A stretch of 24,578 nucleotides of DNA from Rhodothermales bacterium (GTDB lineage: Bacteria > Bacteroidota > Rhodothermia > Rhodothermales > VXPQ01). The notes under the pieces are model-generated. The model ran no database searches. It saw only the letters and a program-made list of their open reading frames with translations, and had not been told where the DNA came from. The translations under genes and the position numbers were made by a program. The stretch covers positions 49,205 through 73,782 of the forward strand of contig JBBDTI010000016.1 in assembly GCA_040904565.1 (NCBI GenBank). Reading direction: 5' to 3'. Positions within the stretch are counted from its first letter, which is position 1, and the number at the start of each line of letters is the position of its first letter. Below are positions 17,450 to 24,578 of this stretch, in pieces.

Positions 17450-18906
17450 TGGTACCCTCCACGCCCCGCATACCTGATGCGTCGATGGCCGGAACGCGAA
17501 TGGCCAGGATACGAATGGACGAAATACGGGCGGGTGGAATCAGAATGGGCGGAATGCGGACGGGCGCGATCAGGATATGCGTGAACGGACACCGGCCCGG
17601 CTCGGCCCGGCTCCTCGCCTTGCCGCTGCTCGTGCTGCTCGCGTGCGCGCTGCTCGTGCTGCTCGCGTGCGCGATGACGGCCTCCGCACAGCCGGCCCGC
17701 CTGCCCATCTCGGCCCCCTACCCGGTGCCTGCCCTCGGCGACGCCGCCCTGGATCTCGGCGACCTGGAGGGTGACGGCGATCTCGACCTCGTCGTGGCGG
17801 GAACGTCGGAACGGGGACGCGTCATCAGGGGGTATCGGCTGGTGCAGGTCGACGGCGTCAACATGTACGAACAGATCCCCCTCTCGGCACGCCCCATCAT
17901 CCACGGCGCCGTCCGATGGGGGGATTACGACGCGGATGGAGATGGGGATCTCGTCGTCACGGGAATGGGAGAGGCCGCATCCGGCGGCGTGCAGTCGGAC
18001 GTACCCGTACTGGAGGTCTATGAAAACACGGGAGCGATCGGTACGACGGCCCTGTTCGAACTGCGGCAGGCGCTCCCGGGCCTGCATCGAAGCAGCGGGG
18101 CCTGGGGCGACGTGGACGGCGACGGCGACCTCGACCTGGTGGCAGCCGGACTCCCCTCCGTCGACGCCGTCCGACCGGTTACGCGTCTGTACCGCAATGA
18201 TGAGGGCACATTTCGCCCCGTTGAGTCCGGCCTGCCCGGCGTGCACTCCGGCGACCTTGCCTGGGCAGACGTCGACGGGGACGGAGACCTGGACCTGGCC
18301 CTGATGGGAGACGGCGGCGAGGGTGCATTCGTCACCGGCGTGTACCGAAACGACGGCGGCGCGTTCGTAGATGCCGGATACAACCTCCCCCGCCTGGCCT
18401 TCGGCTCGGTCGACTGGGCCGACTACGATCGGGACGGCGACCCCGATTTGCTCCTGACGGGCGGACGACTCGATCCTCGGTTTCTGCTGGGCATCGCCCG
18501 GGTATACCGCAATGACGACGGGGTCCTCGTCGAAACGGCATATGACCTGGAAGGCTGGACGCTGGGCCGCGCTCGGTGGGGAGATGCGGATCGGGACGGC
18601 GACCTCGACATATTCGTCGTCGGAACCAACGCCGTGCTGGAGACGCCGTTCTTGAAGCTGCTGGTGAACGACGACGGCGCATTCGTCCCGGAATGGGAAT
18701 TTACCGGCATGCGGTTCGCCTCGATGGCCGTCGCCGATTACAATCAGGATGGAGACGCAGACGTCGCACTGATCGGGCAGCTGACCGGCGGCGTCCAATT
18801 CCGCTTTCTAATCAACTGGGACTACCCCGAGTGCGTATCCGCCGAATGGGTGCCCAGGGGTGCCTCCACAGGGGTCGACTGTCCCTCGCCCGACAGCCCG
18901 AATTGA
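17446..18906 (+). CDS. FG-GAP/VCBS-type repeat beta-propeller protein without a sorting domain
   Basis: ATG 17446 overlaps the upstream TGA (ATGA). Later in-frame ATGs (from 17485) are possible starts. Hydrophobic signal ending ASA|Q. Seven repeats: GDLEGDGDLD, GDYDADGDGD, GDVDGDGDLD, ADVDGDGDLD, ADYDRDGDPD, GDADRDGDLD, ADYNQDGDAD. Confidence 0.83.
   Translation: MMVPSTPRIPDASMAGTRMARIRMDEIRAGGIRMGGMRTGAIRICVNGHRPGSARLLALPLLVLLACALLVLLACAMTASAQPARLPISAPYPVPALGDAALDLGDLEGDGDLDLVVAGTSERGRVIRGYRLVQVDGVNMYEQIPLSARPIIHGAVRWGDYDADGDGDLVVTGMGEAASGGVQSDVPVLEVYENTGAIGTTALFELRQALPGLHRSSGAWGDVDGDGDLDLVAAGLPSVDAVRPVTRLYRNDEGTFRPVESGLPGVHSGDLAWADVDGDGDLDLALMGDGGEGAFVTGVYRNDGGAFVDAGYNLPRLAFGSVDWADYDRDGDPDLLLTGGRLDPRFLLGIARVYRNDDGVLVETAYDLEGWTLGRARWGDADRDGDLDIFVVGTNAVLETPFLKLLVNDDGAFVPEWEFTGMRFASMAVADYNQDGDADVALIGQLTGGVQFRFLINWDYPECVSAEWVPRGASTGVDCPSPDSPN
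17485..17673 (+). repeat. Tandem repeats in the 5' end of the second FG-GAP gene
   Basis: Six degenerate 15-bp units at 17485-17574 (MAGTR/MARIR/MDEIR/AGGIR/MGGMR/TGAIR). CGGCCCGGCT x2 at 17593-17612. Exact 24-bp duplication at 17626-17673 (LLVLLACA x2). Confidence 0.88.
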
Positions 18907-18916
18907 GGCGCACCGC

Positions 18917-19783
18917 TCAATCCGGCGCGTTGAAGCCGAGACGACGGGTGACGAGATCATTCAGCACCCATTCGGCCGCGAAGTGGTTGACGGCACCGAC
19001 GAAGCCGTACCCGTGCTCCACGTTCGAAAGCACACCGGGCTGGACGAGCAGCTCCCGGTCGAACACGCCGCCCGGAGGGCGCCATTCATCGTCCGACATC
19101 GTCAGCCGCATCCCGATGCCGAGCAGTTCCGCGGAAGACCCGACGTTCATGGACGCGGCATCCTCGCTCAGTCGAACCGAGACGCGCCACCCGTCGTCGA
19201 CCGGCGTCCCTACGTCCTCGTACGTAATCACTTCGTGATGAAATGGAAGAGAGGGAGGAACGGACGCGAAACGGTACCAGACCTCCACACGGAAGGGCGG
19301 ATCGTCGACGCTTTCCCACGTAACGTCCTGGGTAATGCTCCCGGGACTGAACTGATCCGGGGGGGCGATACGGGCGCGATCGGACGTCGGAACGAGTGTT
19401 TCCGCCCACGTCTCGGCGCCGTCGGATCGCCGAACGCGAACGCGGTAGGTCCGACCGGGAACGGGTCGAAACGGAGCGTGAAAGACGTGCCCGATCGAAC
19501 CGTCATCATACTCCACGACGGAATCGCGCCATGCGAATCGCAGCCCCGTTCCGAGCTCGAGCGCCGTCACGTCGACGTCTAGCTCGCGCTCATCCGGCTC
19601 GCCAATCTCACGCCGAAAGGGGACGACGCGGACGAACTGCGTATCGGACGCCGTATCCAGATAGCCCCAGAGCGTAAAGTAGCGATCCGCCTCGACGAAC
19701 GGATCCACGGAGTTGTCGCAGGCCGGCAGCATGAAGGCCGTCGCCAGCACCATCCACCACCCGATATGTCGTCGGCGCCGCAT
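18917..19783 (-). CDS. Lipoprotein, DUF4249-like partner of a TonB-dependent receptor
   Basis: Basic n-region plus lipobox LPA-C, then TLWGYLD...QFVRV, PGRTYRVRV and C-terminal SNVEHGYGFVGA. It lies directly downstream of a TBDR. The family call is from motif resemblance only. Confidence 0.7.
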   Translation of the reverse strand: MRRRRHIGWWMVLATAFMLPACDNSVDPFVEADRYFTLWGYLDTASDTQFVRVVPFRREIGEPDERELDVDVTALELGTGLRFAWRDSVVEYDDGSIGHVFHAPFRPVPGRTYRVRVRRSDGAETWAETLVPTSDRARIAPPDQFSPGSITQDVTWESVDDPPFRVEVWYRFASVPPSLPFHHEVITYEDVGTPVDDGWRVSVRLSEDAASMNVGSSAELLGIGMRLTMSDDEWRPPGGVFDRELLVQPGVLSNVEHGYGFVGAVNHFAAEWVLNDLVTRRLGFNAPD

Positions 19784-22123
19784 CTAGTTGAGCCCCAGCC
19801 TGAGTCCGACCGACGGAATGAGGGGCAGCTGATCCACTCTGCGCAGCGTGAAGAGGTCCAGATAGAACAGATTGAGCCGGTCGTAGACATTGACGAGGCC
19901 GGCCTGCGCTGTCAGCCGGATGCCGTCGCTGAGCGGACGCGTATATTCGAGCGTGACGTCGAGCCGATGATACGTCGGAAGCCGCCCGGTGTACGGGCGC
20001 TGGTAGAGCACGCGCTCCATCCCGGCCTCGCCGGCGACATGCACCAGGCTGTCCATCAGCACGAACCGGTCGAATCCCATCGACGTGCTGAACGGCAGGC
20101 CGCTGCCGAACTGCCACCGGGCACTCAGGTCGAACCCGCGTAAGCTGACGCTGCCGAGCAGGCTCATCTGGTGTTTCCGGTCGTGCGGCGGCGCGTACCG
20201 AGTCTCCTCCTCGCCGAACACGATCTGAAGGGCCGGAACGCTAACGTAATAATCGACCGCCGCATACCCGTAGCCGGCCGCCGCATAGAAGGGTCCGGCC
20301 GTTATCTCCGCACGGGCGTCGACGCCGCGTACTCGGCCGCGCGCCTCCTGAAGTCGCGACGTGAACCGGGGAAAGGCGGTCCACTCCGGCACCATGAGAT
20401 CGTCCAATCGCTTGTGGAAGCCTTCCACGGACACGTCGAGCCACGACGCTGGATTCGCTCGCCACCCGAGGATGACGTGACGTGCCCTCGGGACGAGGCC
20501 GCGGGGAGACGACGTCCACGCCGTGAACACGTTGCCTACGTTGCGGCGGTCGTTGAGTCCAACGACCTCCTGATGATAGACCCCCGCGGCGCCGCTGAAC
20601 CGGTGCACGCCGGTGCTCCAGACGGCCCGCAGCCGCGGCTCAATGAAGGATCGTCCCTTGCTCGGAAACGCCTGCAGCCGCATGGACGGCTCGATCCGAA
20701 GTCCATACGGAGCACGGTACACCGGTTCCACGTACAGCGCCGTTTCCGTCACGAATTCCGTGGTGGGCACCACGTTCTGAAAGAGTCCGTCCAACGCGAT
20801 TTCGAGCTCCATCAGATGAACGGCCGCGCCCCAGTTGAGGTCGAGGGCGCCGTAGTACTGCGTGGCGTGAACGTCGACGCCGCTCCGCGTCGTCGTGGAG
20901 GACTGGTGGGCCTGACCGGGAGGGCCGAGCGAGCTCTCGACGCGGGAACGGGAAACGAGCACTTCCCCGAACAGGTTGATGTCGGGAGGAAGGAAAATGA
21001 GTCGCGCGCCGACGGCCAGGTTTTCCATCCTGGCCTCGTCCTCCTCCGGCACGTCGGCGGCGGAGAGCGGATCGGGGCCCAGCCGTCCCGTGTCCGTCGT
21101 GTGCAGCACGGTGACGGAAAGCTGCGCTCCGCCGCCCAGCGTGGCGTGGAGCTTTCCGAAACGATCGCTGAAGCGGAAAGGCAGCGCTGCGTCGACGACA
21201 CGTGAGGCGATCTGCTCGATCATCGACGTCCGCCAGGAAGCAAGATACGAGACGTCGTCACGAACGATCGGACCTTCCGCGCGGGCGGCCGCCAGGAAGG
21301 GCGCCACCGACACGGCACCCGCGTGCCGCGCCTTGTTGCCGGTGCGTGCGGAGACGTCGATTACGGATGATAGCCGTCCGCCGTATCGCCCTCCGAATCC
21401 GCCCGCGTATACATCCGCCGTGCTGATGATCTCCGCCGGGAAGGCCGAGTAAAAACCGAGGAAATGGAACGGCTGGTAAATGGGCATGCCGTCGAGCAGC
21501 ACCATGTTCTGCGTCGGCTCGCCGCCCCGGATGAAGAGCTGGCCGCCGCGATCGCCCTGGGAAACGACGCCCGGAAGCGTCGTGAGATAGTTCACCAGGT
21601 CCGCCGACACGTCCGGCATGGGAACGAGCTCGATGTCGGCCGAACGGACGGTCTGGAGTCCGGCCGTAATCCCGGCCGCGCCGGCCGCCTCGCGATCGGA
21701 TTGTACGACGAGCTCGTCGAGAGAGGTGGTGGCTTCCTCGAGCGTGATATTGAGGGCCGTGATACCGGGAGCGAGGGCCAGCGTGTCGACGAACGGTTCG
21801 AACCCGATGAACGTCGCGCGAACGACGACCGTGCCCGAAGTGATGCGCGACAACGCGTAGAAACCGTCGCGGTCGGTCGCCACGCCAACCGGCGCGGCGT
21901 TCGCATGCGTAGCGATCACATTGACGCCGGGGAGCGGCTGTCCGTCCCCACCCGAAGTGACGAAACCGCGAAGCGTGGCCGACTGCGCGTGAAGCGTTGC
22001 GACGCCCGTCGTCAGCACGAAACAGACGGCCGCACATACAACCGCGAGGATCCGCAGGAGGCGAGCCGCGGGGATGAGGACGTGCGGGTGAGAACGAACG
22101 GAGCGGTTCGTCCCTGCACGCAT
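19784..22123 (-). CDS. TonB-dependent receptor with carboxypeptidase-regulatory-like N-domain
   Basis: Signal LHA|Q. N-domain LRGFV...GQPLPGVNV...TDRDGFY and LDELVV. Plug LPGV, IRGG.P.QN...LDG.PIYQPFH and YGGRLSSVIDV. Barrel motifs EPRL, PHDRKH, GSGLPF, RLPTYHRLD and NVYDR.N. Start is ATG 22123 or GTG 22126. Confidence 0.9.
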   Translation of the reverse strand: MRAGTNRSVRSHPHVLIPAARLLRILAVVCAAVCFVLTTGVATLHAQSATLRGFVTSGGDGQPLPGVNVIATHANAAPVGVATDRDGFYALSRITSGTVVVRATFIGFEPFVDTLALAPGITALNITLEEATTSLDELVVQSDREAAGAAGITAGLQTVRSADIELVPMPDVSADLVNYLTTLPGVVSQGDRGGQLFIRGGEPTQNMVLLDGMPIYQPFHFLGFYSAFPAEIISTADVYAGGFGGRYGGRLSSVIDVSARTGNKARHAGAVSVAPFLAAARAEGPIVRDDVSYLASWRTSMIEQIASRVVDAALPFRFSDRFGKLHATLGGGAQLSVTVLHTTDTGRLGPDPLSAADVPEEDEARMENLAVGARLIFLPPDINLFGEVLVSRSRVESSLGPPGQAHQSSTTTRSGVDVHATQYYGALDLNWGAAVHLMELEIALDGLFQNVVPTTEFVTETALYVEPVYRAPYGLRIEPSMRLQAFPSKGRSFIEPRLRAVWSTGVHRFSGAAGVYHQEVVGLNDRRNVGNVFTAWTSSPRGLVPRARHVILGWRANPASWLDVSVEGFHKRLDDLMVPEWTAFPRFTSRLQEARGRVRGVDARAEITAGPFYAAAGYGYAAVDYYVSVPALQIVFGEEETRYAPPHDRKHQMSLLGSVSLRGFDLSARWQFGSGLPFSTSMGFDRFVLMDSLVHVAGEAGMERVLYQRPYTGRLPTYHRLDVTLEYTRPLSDGIRLTAQAGLVNVYDRLNLFYLDLFTLRRVDQLPLIPSVGLRLGLN

Positions 22124-22126
22124 CAC

Positions 22127-23671
22127 CTAGTTGTCCGACGCCATCTGGCGTTCGACCACGTCACCGACCTGAAGCAGCGCCGCCTCGTCGAAGTGGCGTC
22201 CGAGAAGCTGCAATCCCACGGGGAGATGGGGTTCGTCGGGGTGCTCACCGATCGGGACCACGAGTCCGGGAATGCCCGCGAGGTTGGCGTTGACGGTATA
22301 GACGTCGCTCAGATACATTTCGAGGGGATCGTCCACCTTGCTTCCGATCTCGAAGGCGGGCGTCGGCGTGGCGGGCGTCGCGATGACGTCCACCTGCTCG
22401 AACGCGGCGTCGAAATCGTTCCTGATGAGCGTTCGCACCTTCTGGCCCTTCGCGTAATAGGCGTCGTAGTAGCCCGAGGAAAGGACGTACGTCCCGAGCA
22501 TGATACGCCGCTTGACCTCGTCCCCGAAGCCCTCCGTACGCGTCGACGTATACATCCGATGGAGAATGGATTCCTGATCGGCCAGCCGGTCGCGCAGCTC
22601 GTTTCTGCGATCTTCCGATCCGGCGGCGGCGAGCGCCGACTCGATCTCCTCGCGCTCCACTTTAAGCACGGCGCGATCCTCCTGCAGATCGCTTCGGTAG
22701 CCGTAACGGATGCCGTCGTAGCGAGCGAGGTTGCTCGACGCCTCGGCCGTCGTAAGGATATAGTACGTGGCGATGCCGTATTCCGTGTGCGGCAGAGAGA
22801 TTTCTTTCACCTCGGCGCCGGCAGCCTCCAGGGATCGGACGCGCTCCTCGATCATACGCCGGATGGCGTCGTCGAGTCCGTCAGCAAAGTACTCCTTCGG
22901 CAGCCCGATCCGCATGCCCTCGACGCTCCCGGTCATCGCCTGCTTGTAGTCGGGCACGTCCACCGGCGCACTCGTCGAGTCCCACCGATCCCGTCCGGCA
23001 ATGTGATTGAGCACGAGCGCGACGTCTTCGACGCTCCGGCCGAACGGACCGATGCAATCGAACGAGGAGGCAAACGCGACGAGGCCGTGCCGGCTCACAC
23101 GTCCGTACGTAGGTTTGAGTCCGACGACCCCGCAAAACGCAGCAGGCTGCCGAATGGAGCCGCCCGTATCCGTTCCGAGCGCCGTGTGGCACATGCCGGA
23201 GCCTACGGCGGCGGCCGAGCCGCCGGACGAGCCGCCCGGTACGTAGTCCGTGTCTGCTGGATTCTTTACGGGCCCGAAGTAGGAGTTCTCGTTGGACGAG
23301 CCCATCGCGAACTGGTCGCAGTTCGTCTTGCCGATAAAGATCGCACCGGCGTCCCGCAGCCGCTCGATGGCCGTCGCGTCGTAGAGCGACTCGAACTCCT
23401 CGAGCATCCGGGACGCGCAGGTGACGCGCCGCCCCTTGATGCAAATCACGTCTTTGACGGCCACGACCATACCGGTCAGCGGGGCCGCGTCTCCGCGAGC
23501 CAGGCGGCTGTCGAGGTACCGGGCGTGATTCAGGGCGCCGTCGTCATCCAGATAGGTAAATACGTTCAGCCGCTCGTTATCGGCTCGAATACGCTCCAAA
23601 AACGAAGAGACCAATCGCTCGCAACTGGTCTCATCCCGTTCTAACGCGCGACGGGTCTCAGCAAATGTCAT
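22127..23671 (-). CDS. gatA: Asp-tRNA(Asn)/Glu-tRNA(Gln) amidotransferase subunit A
   Basis: Amidase signature AVKD, GKTNCDQFAMGSS, PGGSSGGSAAAV, GTDTGGSIRQPA, GLKPTYGRVSR. GatA-specific EASSNLARYDGIRYG and EGFGDEVKRRIMLGTYVLSSGYYDAYY. Confidence 0.96.
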   Translation of the reverse strand: MTFAETRRALERDETSCERLVSSFLERIRADNERLNVFTYLDDDGALNHARYLDSRLARGDAAPLTGMVVAVKDVICIKGRRVTCASRMLEEFESLYDATAIERLRDAGAIFIGKTNCDQFAMGSSNENSYFGPVKNPADTDYVPGGSSGGSAAAVGSGMCHTALGTDTGGSIRQPAAFCGVVGLKPTYGRVSRHGLVAFASSFDCIGPFGRSVEDVALVLNHIAGRDRWDSTSAPVDVPDYKQAMTGSVEGMRIGLPKEYFADGLDDAIRRMIEERVRSLEAAGAEVKEISLPHTEYGIATYYILTTAEASSNLARYDGIRYGYRSDLQEDRAVLKVEREEIESALAAAGSEDRRNELRDRLADQESILHRMYTSTRTEGFGDEVKRRIMLGTYVLSSGYYDAYYAKGQKVRTLIRNDFDAAFEQVDVIATPATPTPAFEIGSKVDDPLEMYLSDVYTVNANLAGIPGLVVPIGEHPDEPHLPVGLQLLGRHFDEAALLQVGDVVERQMASDN

Positions 23672-23866
23672 GAAATGACGTGCCGTTCTCGGTTGACGGT
23701 TTTCGGCTCATGTTTCCGGCGGTCCTCGGCTTCTGTTTCTCGTCGGACACGTGTACGTCCAACCCGCCGTGTGGCGAGCGCATTTCGCAGAACCCTGACA
23801 CGCAGAGCCGCGAAAAAGCAGAGGCGCGAACGCGTCATCCCGCGAGCGGAAGCCGCGATCCCGGCG

Positions 23867-24184
23867 TCAGCTCTTTACCGCTTCTTCCGAACTGCCGGCC
23901 TCGGCCGATTCCGACTTGCCGGCCTCCGGCTTTGCGGACTCCGCCGGCTGATAGCTCTCCGACTGACGCGGGGCCGTCGAACCCTGAGACGGAGGGCGCG
24001 GCTGCTTGATGGAGCGGCGGTCGTCGAGATCCACGTTCAGCTCGCTCTTAATGTCATTCGTCGCATCTTTGAATTCGCGGATACCCTTGCCGAGCCCGCG
24101 TGCGATCTCCGGTATTCGCTTCGCGCCGAAGACCAGCAGCACGACGAGGAATATCAGGATGATTTCCGGCATTCCCAGACTCAT
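23867..24184 (-). CDS. tatA: Twin-arginine translocase TatA/TatE subunit
   Basis: True start at ATG 24184 (AGGTGG upstream): MSLGMPEIILIFLVVLLVFGAKRIPEIARGLGKGIREFKDA, i.e. TM helix, FG hinge and amphipathic helix, then a disordered tail. 105 aa. Confidence 0.93.
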   Translation of the reverse strand: MSLGMPEIILIFLVVLLVFGAKRIPEIARGLGKGIREFKDATNDIKSELNVDLDDRRSIKQPRPPSQGSTAPRQSESYQPAESAKPEAGKSESAEAGSSEEAVKS

Positions 24185-24383
24185 AGTCGACCACCTGTAG
24201 AATAATACCTGTTGATTGTGGGCCACATTCCGGGATTTCTGCCCGGCGGCGGATTGTAGAATTGGTTCTCGAACAACGTCGCGTCGCAGGCGCGGTTCCA
24301 GCGTCGCTCGCGCCCTATCGAAGGGGTCTCGCAGCCGAGATGGCAAAGCCGCCTCGCACGCGAATCCAGCCACGCCCGAGAGC

Positions 24384-24474
24384 AACCGATCGCAGAATCC
24401 GCCCGCAATAGCCGATCGCAACAACCGGCCACAGAAACCAGCCACGAAAACCAACCACAGAAACCGCCTACTGC
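24384..24474. repeat. Degenerate 13-bp tandem repeat upstream of tatA
   Basis: Seven units: AACCGATCGCAGA, ATCCGCCCGCAAT, AGCCGATCGCAAC, AACCGGCCACAGA, AACCAGCCACGAA, AACCAACCACAGA, AACCGCCTACTGC. Confidence 0.8.
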
Positions 24475-24578
24475 GCGGCTCGTAAATTCACTCCCTCAAG
24501 CTACGTCAACGACGCTCATGCCGCAAGCCGACACGCTATCGCGTCAGGCCATTAAAACGTGGCCGAAGGCAGAGCTGC

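Noticed and set aside
15890-19783. Twin-arginine signals in the first FG-GAP protein (LRRTL) and the lipoprotein (MRRRRH) as Tat substrates linked to tatA
   Set aside because: Neither fits S/T-R-R-x-F-L-K, Arg runs are common in GC-rich n-regions, and T9SS cargo normally uses Sec.
21464-23644. 726-aa plus-strand ORF, and similar long antisense ORFs (1610-2740, 9997-11223, 12651-13787, 17374-18798)
   Set aside because: They lie opposite well-supported genes, have shadow-ORF composition and show no family motifs.
267-23754. Palindrome ACACGTGT in two intergenic regions (267-274, 23747-23754) as a shared operator
   Set aside because: It is only 8 bp, was noticed post hoc and has no conserved flanks, so it cannot be distinguished from chance.
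23834-23861. GTCATCCCGCGAGCGGAAGCCGCGATCC as a REP-like element or tatA terminator
   Set aside because: Single copy in the window, a short imperfect stem and no U-tract; the support is too weak to call.
24185-24454. 90-aa N-terminal extension of the TatA ORF
   Set aside because: TatA begins with its TM helix and has an RBS before ATG 24184. The extension starts inside the 13-bp repeat.

Overview
GC-rich chromosomal window from a bacterium of the Bacteroidota/Rhodothermota (FCB) group, most likely Rhodothermota. The placement is an inference from T9SS sorting domains and a PorV-family gene occurring alongside Shine-Dalgarno sites and an E. coli-type sigma70 promoter, plus a long GatA insertion. 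Housekeeping genes (tadA 3' end, ypdA/bdr, serA, engB/yihA, sucD, gatA, tatA) are mixed with cell-envelope genes. The envelope genes are: a 7-CxxCH cytochrome c/TPR lipoprotein; a three-gene minus-strand operon (1102-aa TonB-dependent receptor, ~1115-aa secreted protein with a variant T9SS C-terminal domain, adjacent PorV-family barrel) with a near-consensus promoter, a ~300-nt structured leader and an internal hairpin; two tandem 7-repeat FG-GAP proteins; and a second TonB-dependent receptor with a DUF4249-like lipoprotein. The best candidate for an uncharacterised system is the TBDR/CTD-cargo/PorV trio. Other notable points are an apparent CTG start codon for engB, two zero-gap in-frame AAC-TAG-start junctions, and many short tandem-repeat arrays (periods 9-32 bp) at gene 5' ends and termini. 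No rRNA, tRNA, CRISPR array or mobile-element gene is evident. All family assignments come from motif recognition, not database searches.
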